A stretch of 56,250 nucleotides of DNA from Catajapyx aquilonaris (lineage: Eukaryota). The DNA lies in contig KZ538013.1 of assembly GCA_000934665.2 (NCBI GenBank), positions 124,001 through 180,250 of the forward strand. The letters are read 5' to 3'. A program made the position numbers and the translations under genes. This document shows, piece by piece, positions 32,201 through 45,700 of this stretch (the first letter of the stretch is position 1; each line of letters starts with the position of its first letter). The notes below the pieces were generated by a model, which was not told the origin of the DNA, did no database searches, and saw only the letters and a list, made by a program, of their open reading frames with translations.

Positions 32201-33132
32201 TTGGAAGTAAAACTGTTTTGAGATAATCCCGATAAACATTTGTCAATTAAGCTTGTGATATCGAGATTACAGAGTAAATGGTTCAATATTTGTAGTATGA
32301 TAAGCAAAACATCGTCCATTCTTCCCTAGCCCTACCAGGAAAATATCACCTTTTGCTATTATCAAGGTTGATGTACACTGTACATACTGTAACTGACAAC
32401 AACAACACCTGACATCGGTTGTGGAATTTGCTTGATTTTCTTGGTATAAGATATGAGTTCATTGTATAGTTCACCGAGATAAAGAGTTCTGATTAGTGTA
32501 TTAGAACTACTCGAAGTTTAGCCATGAACCTGCCATGAACAGAGTTAACACTTGCTTACAATATGAATACATTTGAGTTATTATGACAGCAACCTTCACA
32601 CATATTCCAGAGGGATTACTGTGCTTTATTGCAGTTACTGATCTTATTTCTGTAAACAAAAATACGTACGCAATAGCCCACGCACAAAAGAAATTATAAA
32701 ATAAGCCCGAGGATAATTCCTCTCGACAAGAGATAAATAAAGTACTTACGCGGTAAAGATATTACAAGTACTGCATGATGTACTACCGGTATGTATGTTC
32801 AAACCATCAGTATTTTTTTACGTAGCCTATACGGATCAAATTATCACGTGTAAGTTAAATGTATCTAGTTAAATATATTTGTATAATTTATCACTCTGTA
32901 CGAGCAACTAATGATTGAATACACTGCATGTTCATCATTCCATCCAAAACTCTAAGGACATTGCCCTTGAAATCGCAACTGATCCTGAGCCCTCCAATTC
33001 CATTCCATCGCAACCCACATACTGCACACACAGTGATAATAATTCAAACAGTGCATATTTACCTGCCAGGCATGCCGCTATTTCCCTCCACTTGGCCGTG
33101 AGACCCACAAACGGTGATAAAACACGAGGCAT
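29292..33132 (-). CDS. Tret1: MFS sugar porter, facilitated trehalose transporter Tret1-like
   Basis: Sugar-porter motifs GWSSP, GRFGRK, PIYIGE...RG, PESP, QQLSGVNAVIFY, D..GRR, GYGPIPW and VPETKGKTLEEI. Exons 33132-33063 (MPRVLSPFVGLTAKWREIAACLA), 30976-30501, 30427-29945, 29723-29292. Substrate and exact orthologue are uncertain. Confidence 0.88.
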
Positions 33133-35324
33133 CCTAAGTTCCTAAGATAGCACCACACTATTCCAGCTGCAGGTACGTGCAGGACGAGGAACAAAATGCA
33201 CCGCGACTCTTGCAGGCGTCTATCCGAACCCACTGATAAGAAGATAGAAAAACTCCCACAGCTCGAGGGCAAGTCAACAGCCCGTGCAGCGAGGAATGTA
33301 GATTTGCCAACCTGAAAAAAAAGAGCACTTCTTATCAGGCCCTTTATACCATATGACGCCGCCTGGTAATATAAAACCTGAATATACATACGGTACAATA
33401 TGTGGAGTGTGTGGACTCCACTGGCGTCGTCCTTGGTTACACTGAATGCCGGCTCTTCCTCCTCGTGCATTTTATGGGGTTTACCCCTGCGATGGGGGCA
33501 ATGCTAATTCATATGAACATGTGTTACGTGCGTCAAAAAAAGGGGGGCGGGGGGAGAGGAAACCCAGTAGTTTGGGGAAAACTAGTTGTGGGAAGCCCGG
33601 AAAAGAAGGCCAGAGTCACGGGTCAGAGTCCTCTTTGGTCAAGGCAGGTTGTCATTACTTCTGGTAATCGTATTTGACCCAGGGGCAGGGGTGGCCATTG
33701 TGGTTGGAGAACTTTAGTAGTATAAAAACTTATCGTACAATGTGTAGATGTCGCGTATCAGGGCTTGATAAGAATAGTCTGACAGTTATGGGGACAGGAT
33801 GCTAGGAAAATGGGGGCGTCGTAATTTGAGTTTTATTTTAAAAGCAGACTGCAGTCAATCTGTTATGTAGTATGTTATTGGATGTTGTAAATTTATGTGT
33901 GTAATATATTATTAGGCCAATAATTATTTTTGACTTGTTGTTTGACATTGCGGACTTTCCTCTTTTGTGGAGAAAAATCATTATCCCCCCCGTTGTTGTT
34001 GTCAATCAATTACAAGAAACTTATTGAATCATCACAAGCGTTTAATTGCTACTTAATTCTTGACATTGTTGGAAGTCTTTGTTTTCCATTGTGACGTTAG
34101 TACTACAGTATCCTCTGGTGCAGTAAGAATAGCTACTAACATATTTTTGTCGATTGTGTGACCCTGTAATTTGTTTGAGACGTAGTGTGAATTACTTGGA
34201 GTGCTGTAAAGATGTTATCAGTCATTTCTACAGATGCATAATGCAACGCCTCGCTGTAAAAAACAGTCTCAAAACAACCTCGCCATGTGCAATATCATTC
34301 TGCCTATAACCAGTGATGCGGTAACGCGTAATAGCAGTTACAAATATGCAATGATTCGCTCCTTTTTTTAAAAAAATCATTCGAAAATTATTTATAGGTT
34401 GATCTCTGGAACATGATGGCTAGAGGGTATCATCACAGATGTCCGACAAAAAACTTGATATGATAGATTTCCTAGACTTAATCACAGGGAACTTTCCTTC
34501 CTTCCTTGAAGTTTCCAAGCAGAAACCAAATGGGGGAAACCCCCTGACAGAGGCAATGACGTAAGTTTTGTTATGGTGCACGTCATCATTAATCATCATA
34601 TTGTCTCACTTTTCTCCTTTCCAATCCGACAAAGCTGTGAGTGGACGTGCGCACACAAATGGAAAGGATATACACTTATCGCGTCTACCTATATAACAAA
34701 GAGGAGAAAGTCGGTATCTACATGCGTCAGTCTGGCCGAATCCAGTTTTGCTCACCACCTTTTCAATATATGTCACACATGCAGAAGTTGATTACGTGCC
34801 GCATATACCGCAGTGTACATACTGTTCGATAATACATTTAGATAAGTTAGATAAATCAAGTGATAATCCTGATTGTTTATACTTGTACAGGTTGTACTTG
34901 CAGTTTTGCAACTTTGTTGCACAAGAAAATAATGGCAAGAGCAGATAAGAAGGGCTTATTTCGGAAGAATTTATGGTATACAACTACTGTCTCAGACTAC
35001 ATCATTTGTATTAACTCTTCATGTAGCAACCTTGACAAGTCTATATTCTGTTCAAAGGCATGTCAAACTTCCGGGACAAACGGCAGAATACCCCATATGC
35101 TTTTATTGCTTTGGGCCCCATTAACGTTAGAACCAGTTACACCAGAGGTGGTCTAGACTGGGTCACTATGATGATGACGCAGGCATAACTCCTACTCGCT
35201 TCATGTATAGCCTACAGCCGAGTTGATGAACGCATACGTCATTAGGTCTTCCTTTGTTTTGTGACTCTTCTAATAAGAATTGGCAAAATCTTGCTTACCG
35301 GTATGACTTGGGGAGAGGTCAAGG

Positions 35325-35698
35325 CAGTGACGTATTACCAAATAGGCCGAGTAGGCACGGGCCTATAGAGCGGCAAATTTTAGGGCGCGGCAAAATAATG
35401 TCATGGAGGCGGAAAATTTTATTGAGGTGAAAATTTTGACGCGTGCGAAAATATGTAATACATGGCGTCACCGTTCATGTCCCGCCCCAAGATGAATCGC
35501 CCAATACCAGAGACCAGTAAGGGCGAAAGCCGATTCACCTTGGAGGGACATAAAAGTGTTAAGTGTAAACCCCAAGATGAAATCCACTGGATTTTTCTAC
35601 GTACTAACTTTGTAGGAGTATCCATGACCAAAATTTCACATATTTTGAAATTACAATTTTCGAGATATTTAGCCTTGAAAAACCTAAATACGTCACTG
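35325..35698. mobile_element. hAT-type MITE
   Basis: 8-bp TSD GGTCAAGG (35317-35324, 35699-35706); TIR CAGTGACGTATT / AATACGTCACTG. Confidence 0.85.
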
Positions 35699-35740
35699 GG
35701 TCAAGGTGTTGTGCTGTCTTGAAAACTTGTTCTTCAGTGC

Positions 35741-36319
35741 AGCTCTGACGCCCCAAGCAAAAACCATGTAAAGGCAACGGATTCCTTAGAGTGAACTGCT
35801 GGGCCCATGGCCCCGCCCCCAAACAAACCTCTATATTATTGTCTCTATTGTATTATATGTATTTCGCCTGGCAACCTTACTGTGACCCACGGTTACAGCG
35901 ACCCCATTGGTTCGCCCGGGGGGGCGTGTCTGTTCACTCTAAGAAGTCCGTAGCCTTTATTAAAGGCTACGGACTTCTTAGAGTGAACAGACACGCCCCC
36001 CCACGCCACACATATAATACAATAGAGACAATAATATAGAGGTTTGTTTGGGGGCGGGGCCATGGGCCCAGCAGTTCACTCTAAGGAATCCGTTGGCTAT
36101 ACAGTATGTGCAGCTAAGCATACCACTGTAATCCCCTTTATGCGGCCTACGTAATGGTACAAACCGCGTTTCTCTACGAGTCTCCGTTGCAATAAAGTTA
36201 GGGGCATAGTTAAGCCATGTATGTATATCCTTTTCAATGGAAAGTGAAAGCTTCAAATGCGCTTATCTCGAAATGATAAAAACCACACATACTGGGTTTT
36301 TGCTTGGGGCGTCAGAGCT
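35741..36319. mobile_element. Nested palindromic MITE cluster: two inverted copies (35773-35955, 35965-36097) inside 25-bp outer inverted repeats
   Basis: 42-bp perfect arms around 35960; 86-bp arms 35775-35860 / 36010-36095; outer IR AGCTCTGACGCCCCAAGCAAAAACC at 35741-35765 / 36295-36319. Confidence 0.85.
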
Positions 36320-37069
36320 TATGTGGCACAATATTGATGGCTAATCTTTTGGGATCACTATGAAAGCTAATAAAAGTATTGACAATTCCTCTTTGATGAA
36401 TTGCAAATCCCTACGTACAGGCATACAAAATGGTAATTGTTAAAACGTAAGGCTCTCCCATAACTGACATTGTGTTTTATTCACTTCTTCCATTTTGCAG
36501 GAGCAAAGCAGGAAATAATCATTATCTTACTGAATAATAATATTGTTTTCTATTATTAAAGAAGATCCTTATCAAACAGTTGCAAACAGTTGTCCTAGTC
36601 ATCTAGTTACGACGAATTTGACTTACGACATTGGATAAATCCACCCCTAGTATTCCAAATTTCACATTATTATTTTGTCCCTTCCTTCATAAGCTAACAG
36701 GTTTTTAGGATCCTTGTTGTACTGTATGATACAGGCTATCTGCCATGGGGAAAAATCTTTGTGAAATGTATCCTGAAGTTATGCAACCAGGAGCGCCCTT
36801 CTGTTTAATTCTCGTTAATTCCACTGGACTTTACCTCGTTCTAGTTCTGATGGCTGCATTGCGCAAGATGACCTACTATCTATCCTACGATTGGGTCAAA
36901 ACTTTTTTTTTTATGGCAGAGAGTAGATTACTTTTGATGTGGTAAATCCCAAACAGAAGATCTTTGACAGGAAAATAGTTCAAGTGATGACAACTCTCAC
37001 ATCTGTCATTTCCCCCCTTTATGACATTTCAATTAGTTTTAAACTATGCAGCATTCTCCATACATCACA

Positions 37070-37100
37070 CATAGATTAATAAGGTACTTATTAATCTATG
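37070..37100. mobile_element. 31-bp hairpin micro-element with apparent 8-bp TSD (P-superfamily-like CATAG termini)
   Basis: CATAGATTAATAAG-GTA-CTTATTAATCTATG flanked by ACATCACA (37062-37069) and ACATCACC (37101-37108). Confidence 0.6.
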
Positions 37101-38055
37101 ACATCACCATTCATGACCAAAATTAACTGATTTTGTAAAAAACATCAAAACCATCCACACAAAAATTAGTAGTATGGTACTTGCCAATATGGCCCAAGAA
37201 AAATTCGGGAGAATTTTGGTGGAAAACAACCACCTGGCCCCTGCCTTTCATTTTTTAAACATTTTTTTCCAGATAGGCCTAGTATACAGTACAATTATTA
37301 CATTGCCAACAGAATCTAGGTAGATATCAATACGTTGGTTGTCATTGGCAAGTGAGTGTACCAAATGCTCTGATTTAGTAAATGAAGTTGTTTGAAATTG
37401 AAACATATGTCCCAATAATCCTAATGTATGCTTACACTTGTCAGCAGCGTAACAGTTAGCAAGCATGAACAGTGATATCATGGGTCAGCTGATCTGGTGG
37501 CCCATAGTGGGTTTTCTGGTTATTAATTTAGACTGCCACCAACTATTTAGCAGAATTATTATGAAGCAGATCAGGCTTGTTGCTTCTCTTCCAATATTTC
37601 TTGTATATTACAAAATACAGATCTACTCCATTCCTGATTACTGGAAGGGCAGAAAAACTAGAAAATGTCATGATAAGGTGCATAATAAAATTGAAACAAC
37701 TGAATAGAGGACAGTACTCATTGCTTGGCTGAAAAAACTACCATGAGTGAAATGGTAACACCCTCTTTACTCTCCAAATCAATGTCAGTGGTAATTTGGA
37801 GGTGACAATCAGTCACATCAACTCTACAGCACCCCATGGCATCCTGCCTCACCCTCTACAAAAAATTGGAGCGAAAGTCAATATGAATCAGGAATTCATA
37901 TATGGGATCACACTTATTGCCATACTGATTAGGAGACATGCCCCTTCAACCCTTTCTATGACCGAGACATTTATAGATCAGTGACATACTGAGGGTAACT
38001 TAGATAAGAGGCAGGAAAGTGAGGACAGTGGGAGCTAGCATTACATGTTAGACGA

Positions 38056-38264
38056 GTGAGGGTGTGGTCTGTGGAGCCTGTGCAGTAATCACTCCAACTC
38101 TGGCAGTAGAAGATGGGCCTCCTCGTGAGGGTGTGGTCTGTGGAGCCTGTGCAGTAATCACTCCAACTCTGGCAGTAGAAGATGGGCCTCCTCGTGAGGG
38201 TGTGGTCTGTGGAGCCTGTGCAGTAATCACTCCAACTCTGGCAGTAGATGGGGCTCCTCGTGAG
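38056..38264. repeat. 69-bp minisatellite, 3 copies
   Basis: Units start at 38056, 38125 and 38194; the third copy is 3 nt shorter. Confidence 0.92.
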
Positions 38265-38564
38265 TATGGTACGCAGCACTTACAAGTGGTTGGACACACC
38301 TTAAGTCCTTGGAACATAACAGAGTTGTTATCCCAGCAGGCTTAGGAAGCCTGACCACTACTGATTGAGTTACAGGGGTGCAAAGTCATAACTGATGGAC
38401 CCCTCACAAAGCCCATGAGAGAATCTCACCCCACAGTCAAATCCTTAAAAAAGGGACTAACAAAAAACAAAAGTCACAAATCCTGACTCTTGCCCCTCTT
38501 ATGAACAGGTCTAATGAAGCACAAGTACAAAATGATAATAAAATAGTTTGGCTCAAAAAACCCC

Positions 38565-38570
38565 TTTATT
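38565..38570 (-). terminator. Probable poly(A) signal of TACC
   Basis: AATAAA on the minus strand about 400 nt after the TACC stop codon. Confidence 0.45.
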
Positions 38571-38966
38571 GATTCTGAAACACTCTCAGTGCAACAATTC
38601 AAGATTTACTTTTAAATATGACAAAACATTACTTCCAATGCCTGGGCAGGGGAAATAAACAATTGTGGAATGCAAGTTCGCCTTTTGACCATGCTGTGCT
38701 AACATCTGAGTCTGATTTTGAACTGCCTTAAAACTCGTTCACTTTCTACAACATTTGGAATGGCAACAAAAAGGCGAAAACAAACCTTTCATTTTCATGT
38801 GGGGGGGAAGAGGAAACAAATGGAGGGAAGGTGGGGGCAGTCAAACTGCCAACGCTTTCATGATAAATCTACATTAAGTTAGTTTGGTTATGGGAGGAGG
38901 CCTCCTTTTTCTTTCTTTCTTCTCCCTATATATACACGTGAAGAATTAGTTGCTATGGAGATCAGG

Positions 38967-40050
38967 TTAGCTCCCCACTTTGTTGATGAGCTCATCGCAT
39001 ATGGCTGCCAGTTCCTGATTCTCCTTCGTCTTCTGGTCCAAGCTCAATTCAAGTGAGCTTACCTTCATCTCAGCCTTCTTCAGGAGAATCTTCAGCTTGG
39101 CAATCTCTCCTTCCATGGTGCGCTGCGTACTCTCCAACTCTGATTGAGCACTGGAAATAAAAAGCATGTCTGTTAGTTATTTATTAACCGCTGGCAGAAT
39201 ATCCCACGTGCCCACAAAGTGGGACTTACTTTTTGCAACGTCAAAGACAATCCAAGCAATTAACTAAAATGCATGCCCAGTATTAGGTGGTCTGAAGCAG
39301 GGGAAAATGCTGTGACGTATCACTAGACTGACTTTCACTTAACTCAGAAATGTGACAATTTTTACAATATTTATGCCTTGTTATCATAAACAAACAAAAT
39401 GGCAGAAACTACTGCTCTTGGATTGGACGCATTCCAATACCCTAATTACCACACATTAACATACTACATTAGGTGTTACCAAGGCACACAGTATTGTAGG
39501 TTTTGAACGTATTCAAACAGAAATAATAATTACACCAATTCAGAGTCTAAACATTAAGAAAAGCACTTACGATAGAAGCTGCTTCTCAGCATGGGCCTTC
39601 AGCTTCTCATACTTTTCTTCCTGGTTCTTAATCTGCATCCTATAATCAGCTACACAGTTCTTCAGGGTCCCCTCATTCTTTACAAAGGCTTCCACTGTTG
39701 ATTTGGTCCGTTCATACTTCCTGCAAGTGTTAAATAGTGTGTAAATACATGAACAAAAAGGTATGGTACCAAATACCTACCTGTGCACATTGGTGAATGC
39801 ATTCTCAACATTTCGCAGGTCTTCCAAGGCTTGGTCCCTTTCCCTAACCAAAGCCGCCTCCCTGGTTTCATATTGTGACTTCTGCCTCTCCTTCTCCTCT
39901 ATGAGAGAACCTATAGTCTGCTCATACTCCGTTACAACCAACCTGAAAGGTTCAAAAGAAATCAAGAAATCATTTACCACATATTATACTGCTGTGCATT
40001 ACTCACAGAAAATCCAGCGCCCCCCCCNCCCCCCCCCAAAAAAAAAAACC

Positions 40051-40091
<41 letters not shown>

Positions 40092-42658
40092 CTGCAATTA
40101 ATTGGCACGGGTGCTAAAAAGTGAGATGCAATTAAAGGTTCCTTCTTTAGCTAGTGCAGAAATTATACACTAGAAAAATCAGCAATGAAGTTGTGAAGCA
40201 AGAGTCCCAATTATTGTTAACTGAGAATACAACATGACCATTTTCATGCAGGAAGGCAACTGTCATTCAGCTCAGTCATGATATCATGATTTTAAAGTCT
40301 GAAATTCCACTGGAAATCTATTATCATAAGGTAAAGCCACGGACTTACCCCATTTGCTTCTCTGACTTTTCGAGCTGTGAGAGCTTCTGCTGAAGGCTAT
40401 TCCTCTCCTGCTGCAGAGTGCTCATTTCCTGGTCCTTGACAAGCAACTTCTCCTGGTAATGCAGCTGTTGCCTCACCAGTGCCTCCCTAAGAGTTCCTTC
40501 ACTTCCTGACGCACCTCCAGAAGTCACTGCAGTGGCTGCCGCCACCATGGATGATGGCTCACTGCTGCTGGTGCCCCCACTGGGTGCACCATAGGAGGCA
40601 CTTCCTCCTTTTGGAGCACTAGGTATACTGCTGCCCGACTCAAGGCTTCTTGACTTAAGAAGATGAAGCAATAAAAGGTGTTATAACAAAATTAATACGA
40701 GAACATTGCTTGAAACATTTCCTAACTATTCAACCTACAATAATGCAATGGGTGACATGTGTTGAAAATACATTCAACAGCAAACAATAAGTCTATTTTA
40801 CCTCCATTTATTAATTTAGTTCATTTGAGGGCACCATGAGCTGCATCTACTTTTACAAAAATGATAACCTATCTCATTCTATCACCTCAGGCAAAAGACA
40901 ACTAGCTTCTGGGTAATGTTCACCAGTTGTGGAGTAATCATTCAATGTGCAATATCTGCCAAAAAGGCAAGAAGTCCCCTTACTGATTTCATGCCAATGA
41001 ACATCCTAATGATCTGTTCCATGTCACTTCTTTTTCATAAGATAGCTTTAAAAGTCAGTTATTGTTATTTACATGATAAATAACTGCTAGTCTGCTTGTG
41101 CAAAAAAGTGTCTGCATAGGCAGACCACAAGACATGATGTGCCATTAACCAGGAAGTATTGTTTCTCTAATGCTCACCAATTTTTTTGTGAAACCTCGAT
41201 TCATCATATTTTTAAGGACTCCTGGGGGAAAAGGCCAATGGATAAGATAAAACAATGAATATCGGGTTTGTTATTAAGTACAGGGTGGACGGAAAATTTC
41301 TCCCCCACTTACTGTAGTTCACTCATTGTGTTGTTGTGATCAGTGATGGTGTTCTAAATGCTACAGAGAAGTACTACTAGCCCTTCTGCTCCACATTCCC
41401 ACCCACCATTTCCCCCCAGTTCCTTTCTTCTTAAGCCCACACAAATCAGAAGTGGTGCTGTCAATAAGATCCACTAAACATTGGTGTAGGAAGAAGGCCG
41501 GCTCTGTGAGACTGCCACTAACAATATCGAGCATCTGTGGGCAAGGCTGCAAAATAGTGTATTCAAAAAGCACATGCTAAGAAACAGGAAGCAACTAATT
41601 GAAAAAGTGCAAGAGGAATCCTCAATAATAGGAGACTCCCACGCTTGCCATGAGTTTTCCTTACACGTTCAGATGTGTCATGACAATAATGGGTGGCACA
41701 CAAAATACTGACACTGTACAGAAATGTCCACATATGTGTTCAAATCAATTTTGAGATGTAAAATTGATGTATTTTGTTTCTTTTATTGTCAGTGATCATT
41801 CATGTGAGGGGAAAACTTCCCATTCACCCTGTAGGATATGATCCCGGATCCCATGAATTGAACAGTGGATCCGGGAAAAAGACACATCTGGAAATGATAT
41901 ATCGAGGTTTCACTGTGTCTCACAAATAATATATATACATGGAGAAATTCAATTTCGCATTGTCATGTCACAATTATTCGTTGGTGGTCAGGCACATGCA
42001 AGACCTTACTCATCCCTGACAATGTGTGTTTTAAAATATTGTTATGAAATAACCTTTTAATAAGAGAAAACTCACCTCTGATTTCCTGGGAGATGGACTG
42101 AAGCTGATGAGCTTCTCGTCCTCACCCTTTGCCTGGCTTGCATTGAGGTCGTCAGCACTAGAAAGAAGAAAAAAAAAGAGCAGATGTTAGTTAAACAGTT
42201 AGTTGTCCTTCCCACTAAATGTTGTTAGATCTGCAAACCAAGAATCTTCCTTTGGGCGATTTCATTCTCGATTGTGAGGACAGAAGCAAGGTACCCAAAT
42301 CCGGTAGTCTATGCGTGCCCCAAAAAAGTGGAAGGGTGGGGTAGTAAGCAAAATGTAATAAAAAATCTCCGTTAAGATTATCTGGACTTTAGAATTGATA
42401 ATTATTGGCCACACGGTGGCGGAGTGGTTAGCGCCACAGCCTTCCACCTCTAAGGTCCCGAGTTCGATCCCCAGATCTGACGGAGGATACTTATGTGGAT
42501 AGAGTTTCAATGGGTTCTCTCCGTGTTCGAGTGGGTTTTCTCTGGGTTCTCCCATTTCCTCCCACAATCAAAATCCATCACAGCGCAGGCAATGATTAAA
42601 GATGGTTCACAAAAAGATGATCCCCTAAAAGGCCCAAGGAGGCCTATCACTGGGTTTC

Positions 42659-42711
<53 letters not shown>

Positions 42712-45700
42712 GATAATGATTAATCGTAACAATGGAGCTAGGATGGCACCAAAGTTCAAGTTAATTTGACAGTTAACAACTGAAACAAATGTGATTACAC
42801 TTTGGACAGTGAATTTCTGTGGGGTCTGGTAATTATTGATGTCACTATGTTAATTTGTTACGTAGCATGGCAGGATTTGGGTAAGGGATGTGAATGAAGC
42901 CAGGATGCAGAATTAGGGGAGCTGAGAATATAATTAAGGGTGGGACTATGCAATAAGGAAGCTGGAGAAATCGCCTGGAGCAGGACATGTTGGTTCACAG
43001 ATTTTTGCAACATGCTGTAATGTCACTTGGAGGTCACATATTTGAGAATCATACAAAGGAACAATCATCCGGTGATTCCTAGTTGATTTAATGAGTAAAT
43101 TGATTAATTGGATTTCTATTACTAAGCAATTAGGTGATAAGCACACAGTACACTTGAACTGCAGCCAACTGCAATCATTCAATACACACAGTATACACCC
43201 TCTTCTCCTTGCCTTCCCCACACCAAAAAAAAGGCAGCCAGAAGGTATCCTTGTGCTATACAACCATCAACACTAGCCCAAGGTGAAGTTGCATAGTTTC
43301 AAAATAGGTACTTGAGGCAGCATAAGTAAACAACAAAGAATATTCACACTGAAGACACAGGAAACAAAAATTCAGCAATTTTTTCCAGTTAAAATAGTGA
43401 CATCGTATGCTATAAAGCATCAGTTTTCACAGCAATTATTTCCATGTCTCAAAATCTTTTTATTGGTACATAAACTGTACTTTCATTTGATTGAATTTCA
43501 GTTTACCCCTTTCCAATGACTGATTCACAAGTTATTATAATATTCAACAGCAAGCAAAATGACAGTCACAAGTTATTACAGTATTAAACAGCAAGGACAA
43601 TGACAATCATTATGTAAAAGTGGGTAATGTATCTCTAACATTTGTTACAAGGAAATCATTTATCCACAACACAGAGGTAAAATCCCTTCCTTTCCAAGTA
43701 ACCTGCAACTCACCCCTTCTTCTTCCACTTTCCAAATGATACTTTGCGAAATAGTTTTTCCATGGCACTCCCAGTGGCCTCCTCCCCAGGCCCTCACCCA
43801 CTCACTTCCACCTCCCCTTACTCCCCAACACCCCACTTGAATCACACCTTCCACCCACTATCTAATCCCACGCAAATGCTAAGGTGAGGTCTCTTCACAG
43901 GTAGGGCACTTCACCATTGTTTACCATCACACAGAATTAAAAAGTGAGAAAAACAAGGGATGCTTGCAAGGCAAACAACAATTCTTTTCGCAGAATGGAT
44001 GTGCACTGCAGCAGCCTTGCTACACTTCATGAGCACTCTAATTGGCATCCTTACTCCTCCCCCCGCCCTCAACCACTCACCCACGCCCACCCATCCAAAG
44101 TAGGGATTTCCTCTTCTGTCCTTCCCCCAGGGACAAAAACCTCATAAAAAAGGAGGAGAGCTATATGAAGGTCACTTCACCCCCTGCTGAGCACTCCTAA
44201 GGGTTCACAACCCTACTTGAATTTCATTGCTTCCACCTGTCACTGGCACATTTCACACCAGCAATGGACAGAGAATGATGAAACACCACATCCTGCCCAA
44301 CAGCCTGATAACATACATGATGTACAATCTGCCACTTGTATGAGATGTAAACATCCAAATAGGCCTACTTAAGATACGCTTCCATGTGATTTGAGTACTC
44401 CGGGATCATAGTCTCATATGTACCTTGCATTGTGCCTACCCATCCCTGTAACCAATATCAGCATATCTGGTGTTACCTTTAAAATGCAATTTTTAACTGT
44501 CAAGGTATCAAGATCGATAATAATAATTAAGTGTCAGCATGACGTATGAGTCAGGCTTTTATCATCATACCATTAGCTAGTAAATCCCTTACCAATTTTT
44601 ACCTGGAAGGATTTCCACTGTACATCTAGACAATACTGTAAATCATTAGGTATGTTATTAGTGCCTGGCTTTGCCAACAAGAGTAATTATTTGAAATGCT
44701 TCCTACAGATTGCCAACATAATCTTTTAACACACACAGGAGGAAATTAAATTAAAATGAGCACTAATTGGTAGTCATCCACCAAGATTTGCTAGGACTAT
44801 TATGATCAATGAGCCTTTCTTGGGTTTCTAGGGTTGATATGGGGTATACAATCAATTAAGGGTGGGATAAAGGTCCCAGCGCTTATGGAGGTTGACATGT
44901 TAAATGCGGGCCTAATAACTCCGTAATTACTGAACAGAATGACATGAAATTTTTGACACAGCATGACACAACAACCCTTGTCATGGCTAGGCTGAGTGAA
45001 ACCTGTTTGAGGAATTCAGTTCATTATGAAAACCACGAAACTAAGAGGAATTTGAAGGCATGTGAGGAAATAATGTCCTGTGAAGAATATGGACCAAATG
45101 AGCAAAATCGCTCAACATAGCGGTGACAAGGGTTGTTGCATCGTGTTGTGTCAAAAATTTCATGTCATTCTGTTCAGTAATTACGGAGTTATTAGGCCCG
45201 ACATTTAACATGTCAACCTCCATAAGCGCCGGGACCTTTATCCCACCCTTAAACCTGAAGATTCCCCCTGGCCTAAGGTATTGGCCTTTTCTGTGACTAT
45301 GAGATTGCCTTACCTTTCACCTCCCAAGGAATCCCTCTTCTGCATAACACCAGCAGCCTTTGCAACTGCCATGAGGGCAGCAGCAGGCGACTCCACCAGT
45401 GGGTCAAACTTTACATAAAGGGACTCCCTAGTCAGAGAGCTCAGTTGGTTTGGGCACCCCTTCTGAGCCAGAAAGTCAAATGATGATGGATCCTTGAATG
45501 CTGCCAAAGAGAACAAACCTCAATGAATCTCAAAAAGTGTGTGGTCTGGAATTAATAAAAAAGTATTAAGATTTCCCTGAACCTTTCATTCTATTGATAA
45601 AATGTGACTTAATTCTTTACATCATATTACATGGGATAACTGAAATTGCCTTCAGTTCACATTAACTTATCTGAAAAGAGCCTTTAATACAATGGAAGCA

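Noticed and set aside
38056..38264. CRISPR-like array
   Set aside because: Contiguous identical units with no unique spacers, no cas genes and a eukaryotic context.
42407..42480. tRNA gene
   Set aside because: Has A/B boxes but no closed acceptor stem, and continues into a SINE body and tail.
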